Assembly (NCBI RefSeq): GCF_006345805.1
Contig: NC_043001.1
Location: 99,448,001-99,512,000, forward strand
Source of the DNA: Octopus sinensis
Lineage: Eukaryota
Reading direction: 5' to 3'
DNA length: 64,000 nucleotides
Shown here: one piece after another, positions 36,004 to 49,242 of the stretch
Position numbering within the stretch: position 1 is the first letter of the stretch
Layout of the letters: each line of letters starts with the position of its first letter
Notes under the pieces: model-generated
Database searches by the model: none
What the model was told of the DNA's origin: nothing
Seen by the model: only the letters and a program-made list of their open reading frames with translations
Position numbers and translations under genes: made by a program

Positions 36004-37729
36004 CCTGGTGTTATATGTTACCTTCTTTAAAATGTTTCCCTTCCCCACTTTCACTCTCTGTGGACTGATGGAAGCATTTACAGCTAAATGAATGAATTAA
36101 TATTGGATGTTTTTTTTTCCTCTGGCGTAATATAGTGAGCTGGTTGAGAATAGGACAGTAACGGTTTAGTAAGTTGTTTGTTTCCTTTTTACAATTATTA
36201 GTTGCAGTGACAGATTTCTCTGTCTGGATAAAGAACGGATCTCATGACATGTATGTACGAAATGGGTAGTGAATGCAGATTTTCTGTGAAAGGGAGACTG
36301 GAGTAAGCTAAATAGGGTTCATTTTCATAAATAATACAAAAAAATTCTCACTTTTAAGTTGTTATGAAATCAACAATGTTGAAAGCTACAAATACTCTGA
36401 ACATGCACACAGAAATATAATGATTAACACAATGTATTTATGGATCACTGGGTTACCATAGTTTAAAAGGTATGCGTGAAGAATCTTTTAAGAACCATTA
36501 CTCAAGTAATAATTCACTTTCTAATATTTTAGTAAGAGGAATGTTATAGCCTTATCTAAACATGGCAATTAAAAGAGCCATGCCAAGTTTAAAATATCAT
36601 GGTCAGTTTTAACATTTCGTAATAAATGTATCTATACATTTGTTGTAACCTCTATAAAAATATCAAATCCTATTTAAGACATGTATTTTAAAATGAAATA
36701 TAATGACTGAATTAACAAATGCTGTCGTAGAAATATATTTTTAACCAACTTCATAGAATAGTTGAAGTTAGTTAAAATAGATGTAATTTCATTGTCATGC
36801 CAGTATTTCAGTATCTGCCATTCTTGGATATAACCGAACAGCAGAATGCTACTATAACACTATATCAGCCACACTGAAATTACTTCTACCATTCATAGTC
36901 CAGACAGAAATTAGATTGCAAAACTTAATGCTTTACTAGTCATAAAGCCTATATAATTCTAACTGATCACAAAGAGAACTCCACTATTAGCCCCAATCCT
37001 ACTGAAAGTAAATTTGGGATGGTTAGTGAATATATTTAAATGGAATTAATGAAAAAATTTGAAAAACTACTAGTTTATGATAGTGGAATAATACCAGTAC
37101 TGTAGTTAATTGGTTAAGTAAATTTAGAGAAAAAAATAAATGGAAGTTCACCCAATAGAATTTTATCCGTCCACTTCTAAAAAATCTTCTCGCTAATGAT
37201 TAGAATTTAGAAGAGCAAATTGTACTGTAAACAGTGATATTTATACATAGCAGAAAATCCCTCTTTTGAACATGGGGCTGACATGGGTAAAAAATATTAA
37301 TGGTCCATTAGATATTAGCAGGGATAGATGGTTAGACATTTGCAAGTTCATATTATACACTTTAGATATGTTCAAATTTAGATTCAAAATCTTAGATATA
37401 AAACTATATAGAGATGTGGCATGGCTGTTTCTGACTAAAACAAAAGTAGAAAATAGGTAATCACTACATTTAAGAAGCTATGAATTATTACAGTAGTTAT
37501 GAACATAAGATGTTATCTTAGATATAGGCATAAGTCTTACATAAAACAAAATGTTAATCCTAGATTTAGGCATAAGTCCTACATGAAACAAAATGAAATT
37601 TCATGTACATCAATAAAAATTCTAATATCTTCAATTATCTTTAAGTATGTAATCTAGTCAGCAACATAAACAAAAGAAATTCTAACATAACCTCAAAATA
37701 AAATCACTTTCAACAGAACAGCAAATTAA

Positions 37730-37948
37730 CCCTTTAGTGTTCAGATTATTCAATCAAACATAATGCCTATTGATTCCCATTGATTTGAATTAATCATGCA
37801 TTATCTCATATCTTCAAGATCTTGATGGTGTAATTACTTAATATAGAATAACATTGTAGGGTAGGCGTGAGAGCCTGGATCTGGGCAGTTTGAACATAAA
37901 ACAGATTAGCTATTTTGGCCGGATATGGCCGGTTTAAATACTAAAGGG
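37730..37948. mobile_element. piggyBac-type MITE
   Basis: TTAA|ccctttagtgtt...aatactaaaggg|TTAA. Confidence 0.85.
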
Positions 37949-39628
37949 TTAAGGTAATGAATCAGAAAATAATGGCTTCAAATGAAAATAGCTTCATATT
38001 CGAGGTAGAACAACCTAGATGAATTATTTCAGTTTGGTACTTATTTTATCAATCTTTATTTGCTGAACCACTAAATTGTTGATCATAAAAGAACACAGCA
38101 TAATAAGGCTTCTATTGCCATCCCTCACATATTTTCACACTTATCTCATCACCCACCTCTTTGTCTACCTGCTAATGTCTATCACTTGCCTTGTCTCTAA
38201 CTACTTCTACCTGTCCTTGCCTTCTTCCTATCAAATTTTTCTTCCTTCCGCCTTCCCACTCATTCTGGTTCTTCTAACATTGTTCTCTCTTTTCTCTGCA
38301 ATACTCCCACCTACCTAGTCACTGGTGCAAATATATATGCCCTAATTTATCAAGTACACTCTGTACCTATTTTAACTTTCCCATTTCCAGCTCTTTAATA
38401 ACCATTTTTGACCTTTCTGTTGTCATTGTTCCTTTTTTTCAAATTTACATTTACTATATACCAGGATCGTATTCCACCTACAGTTCACACCATAAAGTGG
38501 TTAATAAAATGAATAGAGAAAGTGTAGGTTTATGTGGTCCTTCCAGCCCTGTCTCATCAATAACTTTTCAACCTCTCTAGTGTTGGTACTATGAGAGACT
38601 GTACCTCATACATTCTGTAAAGTGGTTGGCTTGCAAGTGTATCTAGACTTTTGGAACTGTAGATCCTAATGTGTGGCAACTTGGACCATGACAACCCGTC
38701 CAACTTAACCTAGCATTGAAAGCAGTTGTAAAACGATGATGATATTGACATTAACTGGAAAGGCACATCAATCACAACTCAATAAAATTACCGTTTTTCT
38801 TGTTCTTTTCTTCCTAATCGGGATGCGTTTGGTCAAAAGTTTTTGTTACCTATACACAACAATAAACCTGCTTCACTTTGGTGAGTGTATTTTTAGTATT
38901 CTTTATTATATTTCTTCTGTTTTGCCAGTCTTTCATCGACAAGAATTTGTCAGTTAAATTTGGTCGTATAAAATTGCGAGTCTTTCTTGAGTGGTGGTGG
39001 TGGTAGCGTTGGGAGGAGGAACACAAATCCCTTTACAAAAATAATAAAAAAAGGAAAAGCAAATGACCATCCCCATTTTAACAACATATAATATATATGG
39101 AATAAATGTACCATACAGAGAGTAAAAGAGGGTGTAATTGAAATATAGAGTGAGAGAGAATGAGGTGAAGAGACATATGTGTCAAGCATCTGCTTAACAA
39201 CAAAACTGCTGTGATGTATCTATAATAACGTCAGAAAGGAGAGGGAAAATATCACTCATTTGTTTCAAATAAACTTTCTGATACTGAAAACAATTACAAA
39301 AGTAGCAAGCAGAACAACTGATTAGTGACAAAACCAATGAAGAATCCCCTAGTTTGACACTTTGTAAGTCAAGTGACTGCAACATTAGCAGCGCAGTCAA
39401 CAAGAATAGCAGCAACAGCATAATGGGAGCATGAGTGGATTGAACTGCCACTGCCACCACCACCAATATTTTAACCACTTCAACAGCATCACCAAATTTT
39501 GATGACACCACCATTATGGCATCAAGGAAATATTGTAAAGCTGTCTCAAACATTTCAGTTATACCGGTAGACAGTGAATCATTTAGAAGGGTCCAAGTCT
39601 TGGTCAATGCGCACGTTATGTATATATA

Positions 39629-40562
39629 TCTATTATATATGTAGGAAATTCTGTCTGTGGGTGTGTTTGCAAAGTTGTTAGTTAATTCCTCCTACATCGT
39701 TTTATCGATTTTGATGAAATTTGACACATGAGTAGAACTCATGTCTGGAAACCTCATAGCACACTTAGATTATTGAAAAAAGTTGGTAATAGGGCCCTTG
39801 GAAGGGATCCTTATATATATATATATATAATATATTTTATTTTAATAGCCAAGGGAAATAACCCATTCGTCCCTGGAAGGGATCCTTATAATATATTTTA
39901 TTTTAACAGCCAAGAGAAATACTCTATGCATTCTCCTAAATTATTTGGTATAAATCAAATTGAGTATACTTATTTCTTAGTATTTGAACTGTTAGAGTTA
40001 TTTTTGCAATTTATCCAGTACAACCCTTAAACAGGTAAATAGTATTTTCCTAAACATTAGATCCACTTATTTCGGTTAGTGGCTTATTCACAAATATACC
40101 AACACTAGCACTGTTGAGGGTAATATTCTCTAGGAATGCACAAAAGCCCTTTTCAGAGTTATTTACTTTGAATTGTTATTATCTCATATCTGATTAGCCT
40201 GTTATTACATAACATGCTTCACGATTTTAGTATACATACCTTATTAGTATTTCCTCCTAATTTCTATATACTCTGGGAATGCATTAAAGCCGTTTTTGGA
40301 GCTACTTTATTTGAATTCTTACTATTGGGTAACTAATTTCATGTTATTACATAACTAACTTCACATTTTGGGTATTCACAACTTATTGGGAATTCCTAAA
40401 AACAAGATCCTGTGTAAGACAGTTCGGTATTCCCTGTAAATGCACAAAAACCATTTTAAGGGCCACATACTTTGTATTGTTGTTGGATTAGCAAAACAAT
40501 TATGAGAATGGAACCAAGGGATAAGCCCTGCTTTACTGGGAATTACCGGGTACGTCAGCTAG
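39629..40562 (+). mobile_element. Non-autonomous Helitron-like element with internal subrepeats
   Basis: A|TCTAT 5' end, ...ccgggtacgtcagCTAG|T 3' end, duplicated ggaagggatccttata block and repeated ggaatgca...aaagcc / tgttattacataac blocks. The 3' hairpin is weak. Confidence 0.65.
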
Positions 40563-40598
40563 TATATACATATATATACACACACACACACACACAGG

Positions 40599-41742
40599 CA
40601 TGACAGAAGTAAATAGACATCCTTTAAAATTTATTTAAATCTGAAATTATACATTCAAATTATTTATTAATTATTATAATATGAATATCTAATATTTAGT
40701 AGACATGCCCATTGCATTTTTCAATGCAAGGATCCTATAGGGCATGCTACTGATCAGATGACAAATATTCTGTTCGGGGAATTTCTTGCCCAGTTTCATG
40801 CAGTAATCTCAAAAGATTTAGTTTCTTTTTACAAAGTGTCCTGTCCATTATGCCCTAGAGGTGTTCAATAGGATTCATATCTGGTGACTGGCTTGGCCTT
40901 GGAAGTTTTTTAATGCCATTCTTTTCCAACCAATCTTGGGTCTTTTTAATCATTTTGTCATTAGAGAAAATTGGAAAGAGTCCTTTCTGCAATATGGACA
41001 CATATTTATCTGAATTTATGTTGCCATCACACTCCATCAGCTCTGATTGACCATTGCTCCCCAGACCATCACAGAAAGCTGCATTGTTTCATTGTTGGCA
41101 GCAATCTTTTCATGTCAAATTCTTGATCCCCAGAACTACACTCAACCACTGTCAGAAAATACAGCAAATCTGGACTCATCAGAGAATATGTTAGTGTCCC
41201 AAAATGCTTGTGGCCACTGCATCATCTCACTGGCCCAATCATTTCCACATTTGTTATTGGCCAGTTGAAGAAGTGGCTTCCTTCCTTCTTCCTACTCTGT
41301 CATAATTGCCAGGTTTGTGGAGATACTTGACAGCTGTTCTGAGACTGACATCAACCTGTTCTGCTATGTGAGAGGCCTTGCAATGAGGATTATCCTCCAC
41401 ACTTAACTTAACAAAGCAAACGGTCCAATCAGAGGGCCCTGGGCAAAGTGATATGGACTCCTTCTTCTCTCTGGGGAATTGCACAATCATCCTATTAACT
41501 GTAGAAAGCAAGATCTCGAGGTTTTCTGTGATTTTATGCTAAGTCTACCTTCAGATTGACCCACAATATGGCCACTTTGAAATTTAGACAATTCCAAGGA
41601 TTCTTTTGTACATGGCATAATTAAACAGTCACACATAGAACCTGAAACATAAAAATGTCCATTAATATAAAATATATACCTTTTCAAGTTAAAATAAACA
41701 TAAAACAATGTTTTATGAGGGTGTCTATTTACTTCTGTCATG
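40599..41742 (-). mobile_element. Decayed Tc1 element (second family) in a (CA)n tract
   Basis: TIRs catgacagaagtaaatagacatcc and gggtgtctatttacttctgtcatg. Remnants PSQSPDMNPIEHL and ELSKFQSGHIVG. Confidence 0.88.
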
Positions 41743-41925
41743 TGTGTGTGTGTGAATGTATATATATATATAATTGAAAATACACATTAAGTACAGGACA
41801 TCACCAGCGAGTACTTAATGTGTATTTTTAATAATCTATAATTGAACACAACACTATTTTGTATCCTTGTTTATAAATTTCCCTTTAGATTTGCGTTGAT
41901 AATGGACCATATAATTTTATATATA

Positions 41926-41959
<34 letters not shown>

Positions 41960-42576
41960 ATTATATTAAATAAGAGATAAAACCACTATTAGGCAAATCA
42001 AACAGTGAAAAACATAAGCCAATACATAAAATTAATTTAAAATATAAAAGTTAAAAATAAAAAATTATCTAAATAATTTAAACTTATAAATTTTATATAT
42101 ATATATATGTATGTATGTATATTTTTTATATTTATATATTATTTTATTTATTTATTAATTAATTAATTTATTTTTTATTTTATTTATTTATTTATTTTTT
42201 AAAAATATATATCAAAAGTATTAAAAGTTTAATAAAAGATACTCTTTATCTTTTATTAAACTTCTAATACTTTTGATATATATATAAAAAAAATAATAAA
42301 ATAAGATAAATGAAAATAAATAAATAAATAAATTAATTAATAAAATAATATATAAATATAAAAATATACATACATACATATATATATATATATTATATAT
42401 ATATATTATATATATATATATATATATTTGTATATATATATAAAATTTATAAGTTTAAATTATTTAAATAATTTTTTATTTTTAACTTTTATATTTTAAA
42501 TTAATTTTATGTATTGACTTATGTTTCTCACTGTTTGATTTGCCTAATAGTGGTTTTATCTCTTATTTAATATAAT
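41960..42576. repeat. 617-bp AT-rich near-perfect palindrome with a 5-nt loop
   Basis: Arms 41960-42241 and 42247-42576 around ...aaaagata-ctctt-tatctttt.... A few substitutions, and a longer (TA)n in the right arm. Confidence 0.92.
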
Positions 42577-43038
42577 ATAATATACTTATACTATAAAATT
42601 GGATTTAATCCTAAATCTCATTTTTCCCTGTAAGTTTGGATTTATTCCATAATATTATTATTATATATATATATATATATGTGAAAGTACAAAGTGAGAT
42701 AGGGGTTATGAGTGTAACCCACTATGGGATATCAGTTATCCAATATACTGCCAGTGAAGTACCCAAAAGGCTAATACATAAATGCTTACAATTGCAATGC
42801 AATTAGTTAATTTATTGTATTAGATGGGCGAAGGTAAAATGTTTTACCTCAAAATCATAATACAAATAAGAAAATAGAGGAACAGATTCCTTTCAATCAT
42901 CAACTTACAGATAATACCAATTCATATAATTTATTAACTAATTAAATAGGAACATCCAAATCCAACAGAATAAAACAGAATAAAACAATATACACCAATA
43001 AGTAAGATAATACCATAAAAATATTACATATAAAATGG

Positions 43039-43162
43039 ATCTTACAGCTGTTTCGGCCTGTAGATAAAGGTATCTCATTGTGCCTATATTAGTCAGATGT
43101 ATTGAGGTAATAAGCAGTTAAAAATGAGCTATATATATATAACTCAAGGCCTCGTCAGAGAT
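43039..43162 (-). ncRNA. Type-I hammerhead ribozyme with intact core and extended loop II
   Basis: atct-CTGACGA-ggcct[87 nt]aggcc-GAAA-C-agct-G-TA-agat: stem I 4 bp, stem II 5 bp, palindromic AGCT loop III, GUA cleavage triplet. This is the minimal architecture described for Penelope-like elements. Confidence 0.7.
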
Positions 43163-43412
43163 TATAAAGTACAATTATGAAAATGTAAAATGCAAATATA
43201 AATATGAAACAAAATACACATACACAAGAATACATATATATATATATATATATAAGTGTATATACATATATACAAGTATATATATAATAATATACATACA
43301 CATAAGGTTACAGATAATCAAATATATATACTGGAGTATACATATATATCCACATCAATGGGTACATATACAAAGTCCAAAGTTCATTGTATTACATTAC
43401 CAAAACTATTAA

Positions 43413-43443
<31 letters not shown>

Positions 43444-44597
43444 AATAATACCAATAATGGAATATGTGCCTTCTGCTATACACAATACATAGTAGATGGA
43501 AAAAACCACATAAAATATAGTATAATATAATACAGTGTAACACAATATAATATAATATATTGTATATTACATATATAATATAGTATAACATAATATATAG
43601 ACAGCTGCCTATGGAAGATGTCAGCACATTAATTCAACAAATAATGTAATATAATATATATAATGTCATTATATTCATATAACATAGTGAAAATCGAAAC
43701 TTTAGTCTAAATCTGCATACATATATATACACACAGGTAACAAATGCATGTATATGCATATACATACATGCACAAAAACATCCACTTATACATATATACA
43801 GAGATTGTATCCTTTTACATCATACAAAAGATATATGCTTGTACATACATAGAGTTCACAGATCAAGAGGTAAGTGATAGGTCGTAACGAGCTATGCTTA
43901 TGTTATTATCAATACAGTATTACAATGATTTAAAAACTTACAGGGGTAGGGGAGAGATTATTTACAATCTCAAGCTAAATCCAATTGGTTGGCACATTTG
44001 AATTTCATTGTCTTAGTTACGGTTGGTTGGTTAAAATGCACATACGTACACACATACATATATGCGCATATACACACGTACACATAGATAAGCATATGCA
44101 CATAAATACACACATACATACATATCCATATACACATATACATACATATATACACATATACTTATACTTATAAACACCCACATACACATATATACATACA
44201 CATACATACTAAAAACTAAAAAAATAATATTATAAACCATTTAAAGTGAAAACTATGCTAATTTTTAATATATAAAAAATGGCCTAAAATGGTATTATAC
44301 GTTAGGATTATATATTTGGCAAAGGTTGGAAAATATTCAGACAAAGCTTTCGAAAGAAATAGAAACTATGCAATACACATTTGACAAGATTTATGGTAAA
44401 GAAATAGGAAGAAATTTACGAAAGATACAAAAATCAAATTCACCATGTAAATATGCCGTTACTATAATGCGAATCCATACAATCAAATTAACATCAGCCT
44501 TCACACCTCTCCAATTAAACTCATTGCAAAAGTTAAGTTGTATAAAATACCATAATAAAAACAAAATATTCTTATATTTTCATAATTGTACTTTATA

Positions 44598-44723
44598 ATC
44601 TCTGACGAGGCCTTGAGGTATATATACAAGTAATTCATTTTTAACCGCTTATTACCTCAATACATCTGACTAATATAGGCACAATGAGATACCTTTATCT
44701 ATAGGCTGAAACAGCTGTAAGAT
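44598..44723 (+). ncRNA. Inverted sister hammerhead (C11.1 changed to U)
   Basis: atct-CTGACGA-ggcct...aggct-GAAA-C-agct-G-TA-agat. Confidence 0.62.
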
Positions 44724-46202
44724 CCATTTTATATGTAATATTTTTATGGTATTATCTTACTTATTGATGTATATTGTTTTATTCTGTTGGATTTGGATGT
44801 TCCTATTTAATTAGTTAATAAATTATATGAATTGGTATTATCTGTAAGTTGATGATTGAAAGGAATCTGTTCCTCCATTTTCTTATTTGTATATATTTAT
44901 ACATATATATTTTACCTGTAGAAATGTTAATAGAAACAATTGCACTGTAAGTTACAGAGGCACCAACACGTACACTGATTGCGTGCTAAACTTAATGCAT
45001 GGACATTTTGAAGAATGGGAAGCATATGAAGTCTCAAAACTTTCACCACTCATTGCAAGTATTTCAGAGCAATAGTTATGAAGTTTACCTCTGAAAAACA
45101 GGCATGAACTCACGCTATCATCCCTCCAAATGATGAGGAACTGTTGATGACATCTTCCTACATAGGGAAAATACCGGTGAAGGTGAACATCAAAGGGCAT
45201 ACCTACACAACTGTACTCTCAATGACTCTGTTTCCTAATAACTTTTCAGAAAATGGATTTAAAAAAATTTTTTTCTAAAAATACATTATGTATGGCCATG
45301 TATTTTAATTTATATCAGAATTTAATGGGAAAAAAAATTTGATGTGCACACACATCACATTTTTTTCAAAAAAATTCATGTTTCATTTTGTAGATATATA
45401 TGTGATGTGTCAGAATGTATGTGTGCCCAATCAACATTGCTTTTTTTTTTTTCAGATCACATTCCAATATATTCGGAATCTACACCGTCTGTTAAGTATT
45501 TGTAGAAAATCTTATTAAAAAAACCCCATTTTTTCTGGAAGTTATGAGGAAACAAAGTTGGGTAGAGTGATGCATTTTCACATGCCTGTGAAAGCTGTTT
45601 CATCAGAATAAACATAACATCATTGATAGTCGCCATAAAAAGTGAGGAAGAAGATGTGAAAAGCATCCCAATAAAGCAACATTTTACTAGGAGAGGAGAT
45701 GGTTAGTTATTGGCATGAACACACAAACAGAACTTGAAGATATTGAGAAAATACATGGCCATACAACATAAATTCTTGGATTATTAACATTATCTCTGAC
45801 TTGAGAAAATATAACATAATTATCAAATGGCAATTAACACCAGCTCCACTTAAAGAGGGGAGATCATTTCAAGAATAAAGAATTTTCCAAAGTTGATATG
45901 CCATTAAGAAAAAGGAGAATTCAATTGTCTCTCAGACAGTCATGGATAAGAATTTATGTTGTATGATGTTCGATATACCTCTGTTTGCCTAAATTGTTCA
46001 GATACATCCCACCAGCCACTGAGATATCTTTCTTAGTTCATTTTTGTTTAAACTGCTTTTTCTCTATCAGTCTATGAGCTTTGGCTACTGAAGATAAGTT
46101 TGGATGATTGTAGTGATTACGGTTATTGAGCCAGAAATGCATGCACACGACTATGCTGTTATCTCCAGGCATTAAACCAGTTCTTTTCTTTAATGGTATG
46201 TC

Positions 46203-46420
46203 AACCTTGGCGAGCTGGCAGAAACGTTAGCACAGCGGGCGAAATGCTTAGCGGTATTTCGTCTGCTGTTACGTTGTAAGTTCAAATTCCGCCGAGGTCG
46301 ACTTTGCCTTTCATCCTTTCAGGGTTGATAAATTAAGTACCAGTTAGGTACTGGGGTCGATACAATCAACTTAATCCGTTTGTCTGTCCTTGTTTGTCCC
46401 CTCTGTGTGTAGTAAAGAAA
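46203..46420 (+). mobile_element. Family-B SINE, relatively young copy
   Basis: ggcgagctggcagaaacgttagc...aagttcaaattccgccgaggtcgactttgcctttcatcc... with CpGs retained. Confidence 0.85.
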
Positions 46421-46439
46421 TAGGTATGTGAACCTTGTG

Positions 46440-46990
46440 AAGATGCATGGTTTAGTGCACGCATGGGCAACATGCGGCCCTCGACATGTTGTTGTGCTGC
46501 CTTCGACGAATTTGTAGACTACTAATTTTGTACTATGACAAATAAAATTTCATACTAAGACACATAAACTTTCATAATAAGACAAATAAAATTAAGAACT
46601 GCAAAAACTTCAGTGTAAAATGGGCAAGTAATATTTCATGCATATATGTTTTATCATGCAGCCCTCTCCCATTTGGAAATGGCACGATGCAGCACCCAGT
46701 TAACAAAAAGTTGCCCATCCCTGGCTTAGTGGTTAGGGTATTCAGCTCACGATCGTAAGGTCATGAGTTCCATTTCAGCGATGCATTGTGTCCTTGAGCA
46801 AGACAACTTATTTGACGTTGCTCAAATCCACTCAGCTGGCAAAAATGATTTGCACCTGTAATTCAAAGGGCCAGCTTTAAGCGTGTCTGTTGAGTGCTCA
46901 ACCAATTGCCCATAATTTCACAAACAGGCTATTCCGTTCACCATATCAAATGGAGCCCTTGACGTCATAACCGACAGAGAACCAGTTAAA
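46440..46990 (+). mobile_element. tRNA-derived SINE (family E) interrupted by a hAT MITE
   Basis: gatgcatgg(c)ttagtg|gttagggtattcagctcacgatcgtaaggtcatgagttcc...tgtgtccttgagcaagaca. Confidence 0.65.
46458..46723. mobile_element. hAT (Charlie-like) MITE
   Basis: Termini cacgcatgggcaac and gttgcccatccctg. 8-bp target duplication gtttagtg / gcttagtg (one mismatch). Confidence 0.8.
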
Positions 46991-47179
46991 ATTTCACCAT
47001 TGGAGAAGACGTGATTCTTGAGATTACCTCCCCCTATCAAGTAGAGCTAGTGTTAATTGGCATGAGATAATTATGATATATCTTTTAGAGGCGGAGGTAA
47101 TTTTAAGAAATCAAAAATTGATATTGCATGGTATTTGATATATCTCTGCATTTCTTCCCCCACTCTCTCTGTATATATG

Positions 47180-48330
47180 TATATCAAAAAGTTCCCGGAC
47201 TAGATATGTTTAATAAAAAATAACTTGTTTTAACATCATCTTCGAAATAGTCACTTTGCGCAGCAATACACCAGTCCCAGCGTTCCTACCAATTTTGGAA
47301 TCTGGCCTGGAAGTCATTTTCTGTAAGTGAGTCGAGGACTTACTGCGTTTTGCTCTGGATCTTGCCAGGTGTTAAAAAAAGCGACCTTTGAGCTGCCTTT
47401 TCATCTTGGGGATGCGGTGGAAGTTCACGGATGCTAAATCTGACAAATGGGACGGGTACAGAAGTGATACCATGTTGTTTTTTGGCAAGAAACTCATGAG
47501 GGAGGAGAGCTTGGTGACAGGGTGCATTGTCATCATGAGGAATCCAATTCTTTGCGCTCCACATGTCCAGTCGCTTTCGCCGAATGTTTTCCCTCAAACA
47601 CTTCAAAACATCGCAATAGAACTCTTCTTGATTGATAGTCTGGCCATGGAGGATGAATTCTCGATGCACAATACCACGGATGTCGAAAAAACAAAACAAT
47701 GAGCATGCACTTGATCGGGCTGCAACTCCATCATGCCTTCTTCGGTCATGGAGATGAAGACCGCTTCCATTGTGATGATTGCTGCTTCCTCTCAGGGTCG
47801 TACCTGTAAATCCAATTCACGTTACTGGTGATGATCCTTGACATGAAGGATGGGTCATCAGTGGCACACTGGCAGAGATCTTGAGAGACTTTGATGTGTT
47901 TTTTCTGCTCAGTGGTCAGCAGGCGGCAGGGTGGAGGGAACTTGGCAGAGACTCGTCGCATGTTCAATTCAGACGTTAGGATTACCTGAATGCACCCATA
48001 TGACAGACCAACATCAATAATGTGGTTGATTGTTCTCCGACGATCCTATTGCATGAGCTAATGAATTTTGTCTACATTTCTGGGGGTGACGCTCGTGACA
48101 GGTCTTCCAGATCGCTCATCACTTTCCAGGGACGTTCTTTCTCTTTTGAAGTACCCATGCCACTAAAAACATTGCGTACGACCCATTGCTTCATTGCCGT
48201 AAGCATGCTCGATATCTCTGTAGCAGACTTCTCAAGTTCAACGGAAAATTTCACATTGGCTCTTTGTTCCTGTCCATGACAAAATCGCAGACTACAAATT
48301 ACACGTGATCACGAAAATACAAATTTCACA
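47180..48330 (-). mobile_element. Decayed mariner element (one TIR visible)
   Basis: MRRVSAKF, SRIITSNVNWIYRYDPERKQQSSQWK, FFDIRGIVHREF, HDDNAPCH. Terminus tatatcaaaaagttcccggactag. Confidence 0.88.
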
Positions 48331-48717
48331 ACTTACGAAGTAAATACAGGGCAGACTGTCTCATGAAGGTCACTGCTAACCCTCAATGCGCACTCAACGA
48401 GGTCATGGGCCAACAGGTTTTTGGGATCTGATGATACGCCATAAAGCTAAACTCTTTTGGATAGGAAACCTAAGGTAATCCCATAAACCGGCCTTCCCCA
48501 TTTTTAATATACACTGCTCTACATCTTAGAGTGTGCTTCTTTAGGATTTATGTTTTCTAGAAACGATTATATATATATATCGATACGCCATAAAGCTAAA
48601 CCCATTATGCACGGGAAACCTAGGGTAATCCCGTAAACCGCCCTTCCCCATTTTAAATATACATGTGTGTGTGTAGAATGTTGAAAAGTAACACACGAGT
48701 TGATATATTTTAGGAAA

Positions 48718-49242
48718 ATAAGACAAGGTAGAAAATGCTAAAATGATTTTATCATCAAATACATTTTGCAAAGGTTAGTACTGGTTTCTGTTACAACCAC
48801 AACAGATCACTTTTAGGTCACTTGACCATTAAAGAGGATTCCCCAGACAGCTCTCATACTGGGTCATACCACTCCCGTCGTTTTCATTTCTTTCTTCTTT
48901 TTCCTCTTCTTCTCTTTCTTCTTCACTGTCTCCTCCCTCAGCTGCTGCTGCTTAAACCATCGAACTTCAGAACCAAACATTTCTCTGCACCCATAAACGC
49001 TATTTCTTCAGATCTCCTACTACCTATTGAACCTTCACAAAGGAAAAGAGAGAGAGAGAGAAACAGAAAACAAGAAAATGCCCTACCTATTTGAAAGACT
49101 ATGGAAATATTTACAAAACATTTCATTTAATTATTTTTTTTTTGTTTTATTCTTAATTGAAAAAGTCGAAAAGAATGAAACCAGTATTAATCTTTACAAA
49201 ATGTATTTCATGATAAAATTATTTTAGCATTTTCTCCCTTGT

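Larger units (their letters stand above)
42681..44891 (-). mobile_element. Penelope-like-derived non-autonomous element with inverted pseudo-LTR arms
   Basis: Inverted arms 42861-43184 and 44576-44891, each with a hammerhead motif. The left copy has a further ~180-nt extension homologous to 50107-50281. No recognisable RT or GIY-YIG ORF. Confidence 0.65.

Noticed and set aside
39194-39607. 137-aa hydrophobic minus ORF resembling a membrane protein
   Set aside because: Val/Leu richness is explained by off-register antisense reading of ACN/AGC-rich plus-strand sequence; no family motif.
43256-44240. ORFs rich in Y/I/H/C/V/M (also at 7.6, 30.2, 50.6, 55.5-57 and 63 kb)
   Set aside because: Read-throughs of (TA)n, (CA)n and (AAT)n microsatellites.
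44326-44598. 90-aa ORF inside the fold-back element as a Penelope RT or GIY-YIG remnant
   Set aside because: No recognisable RT or GIY-YIG motif.
48433-48660. ~80-bp direct duplication (gatacgccataaagctaaa...) 149 bp apart
   Set aside because: Probably an internal subrepeat of an unidentified decayed element; nothing further supportable.
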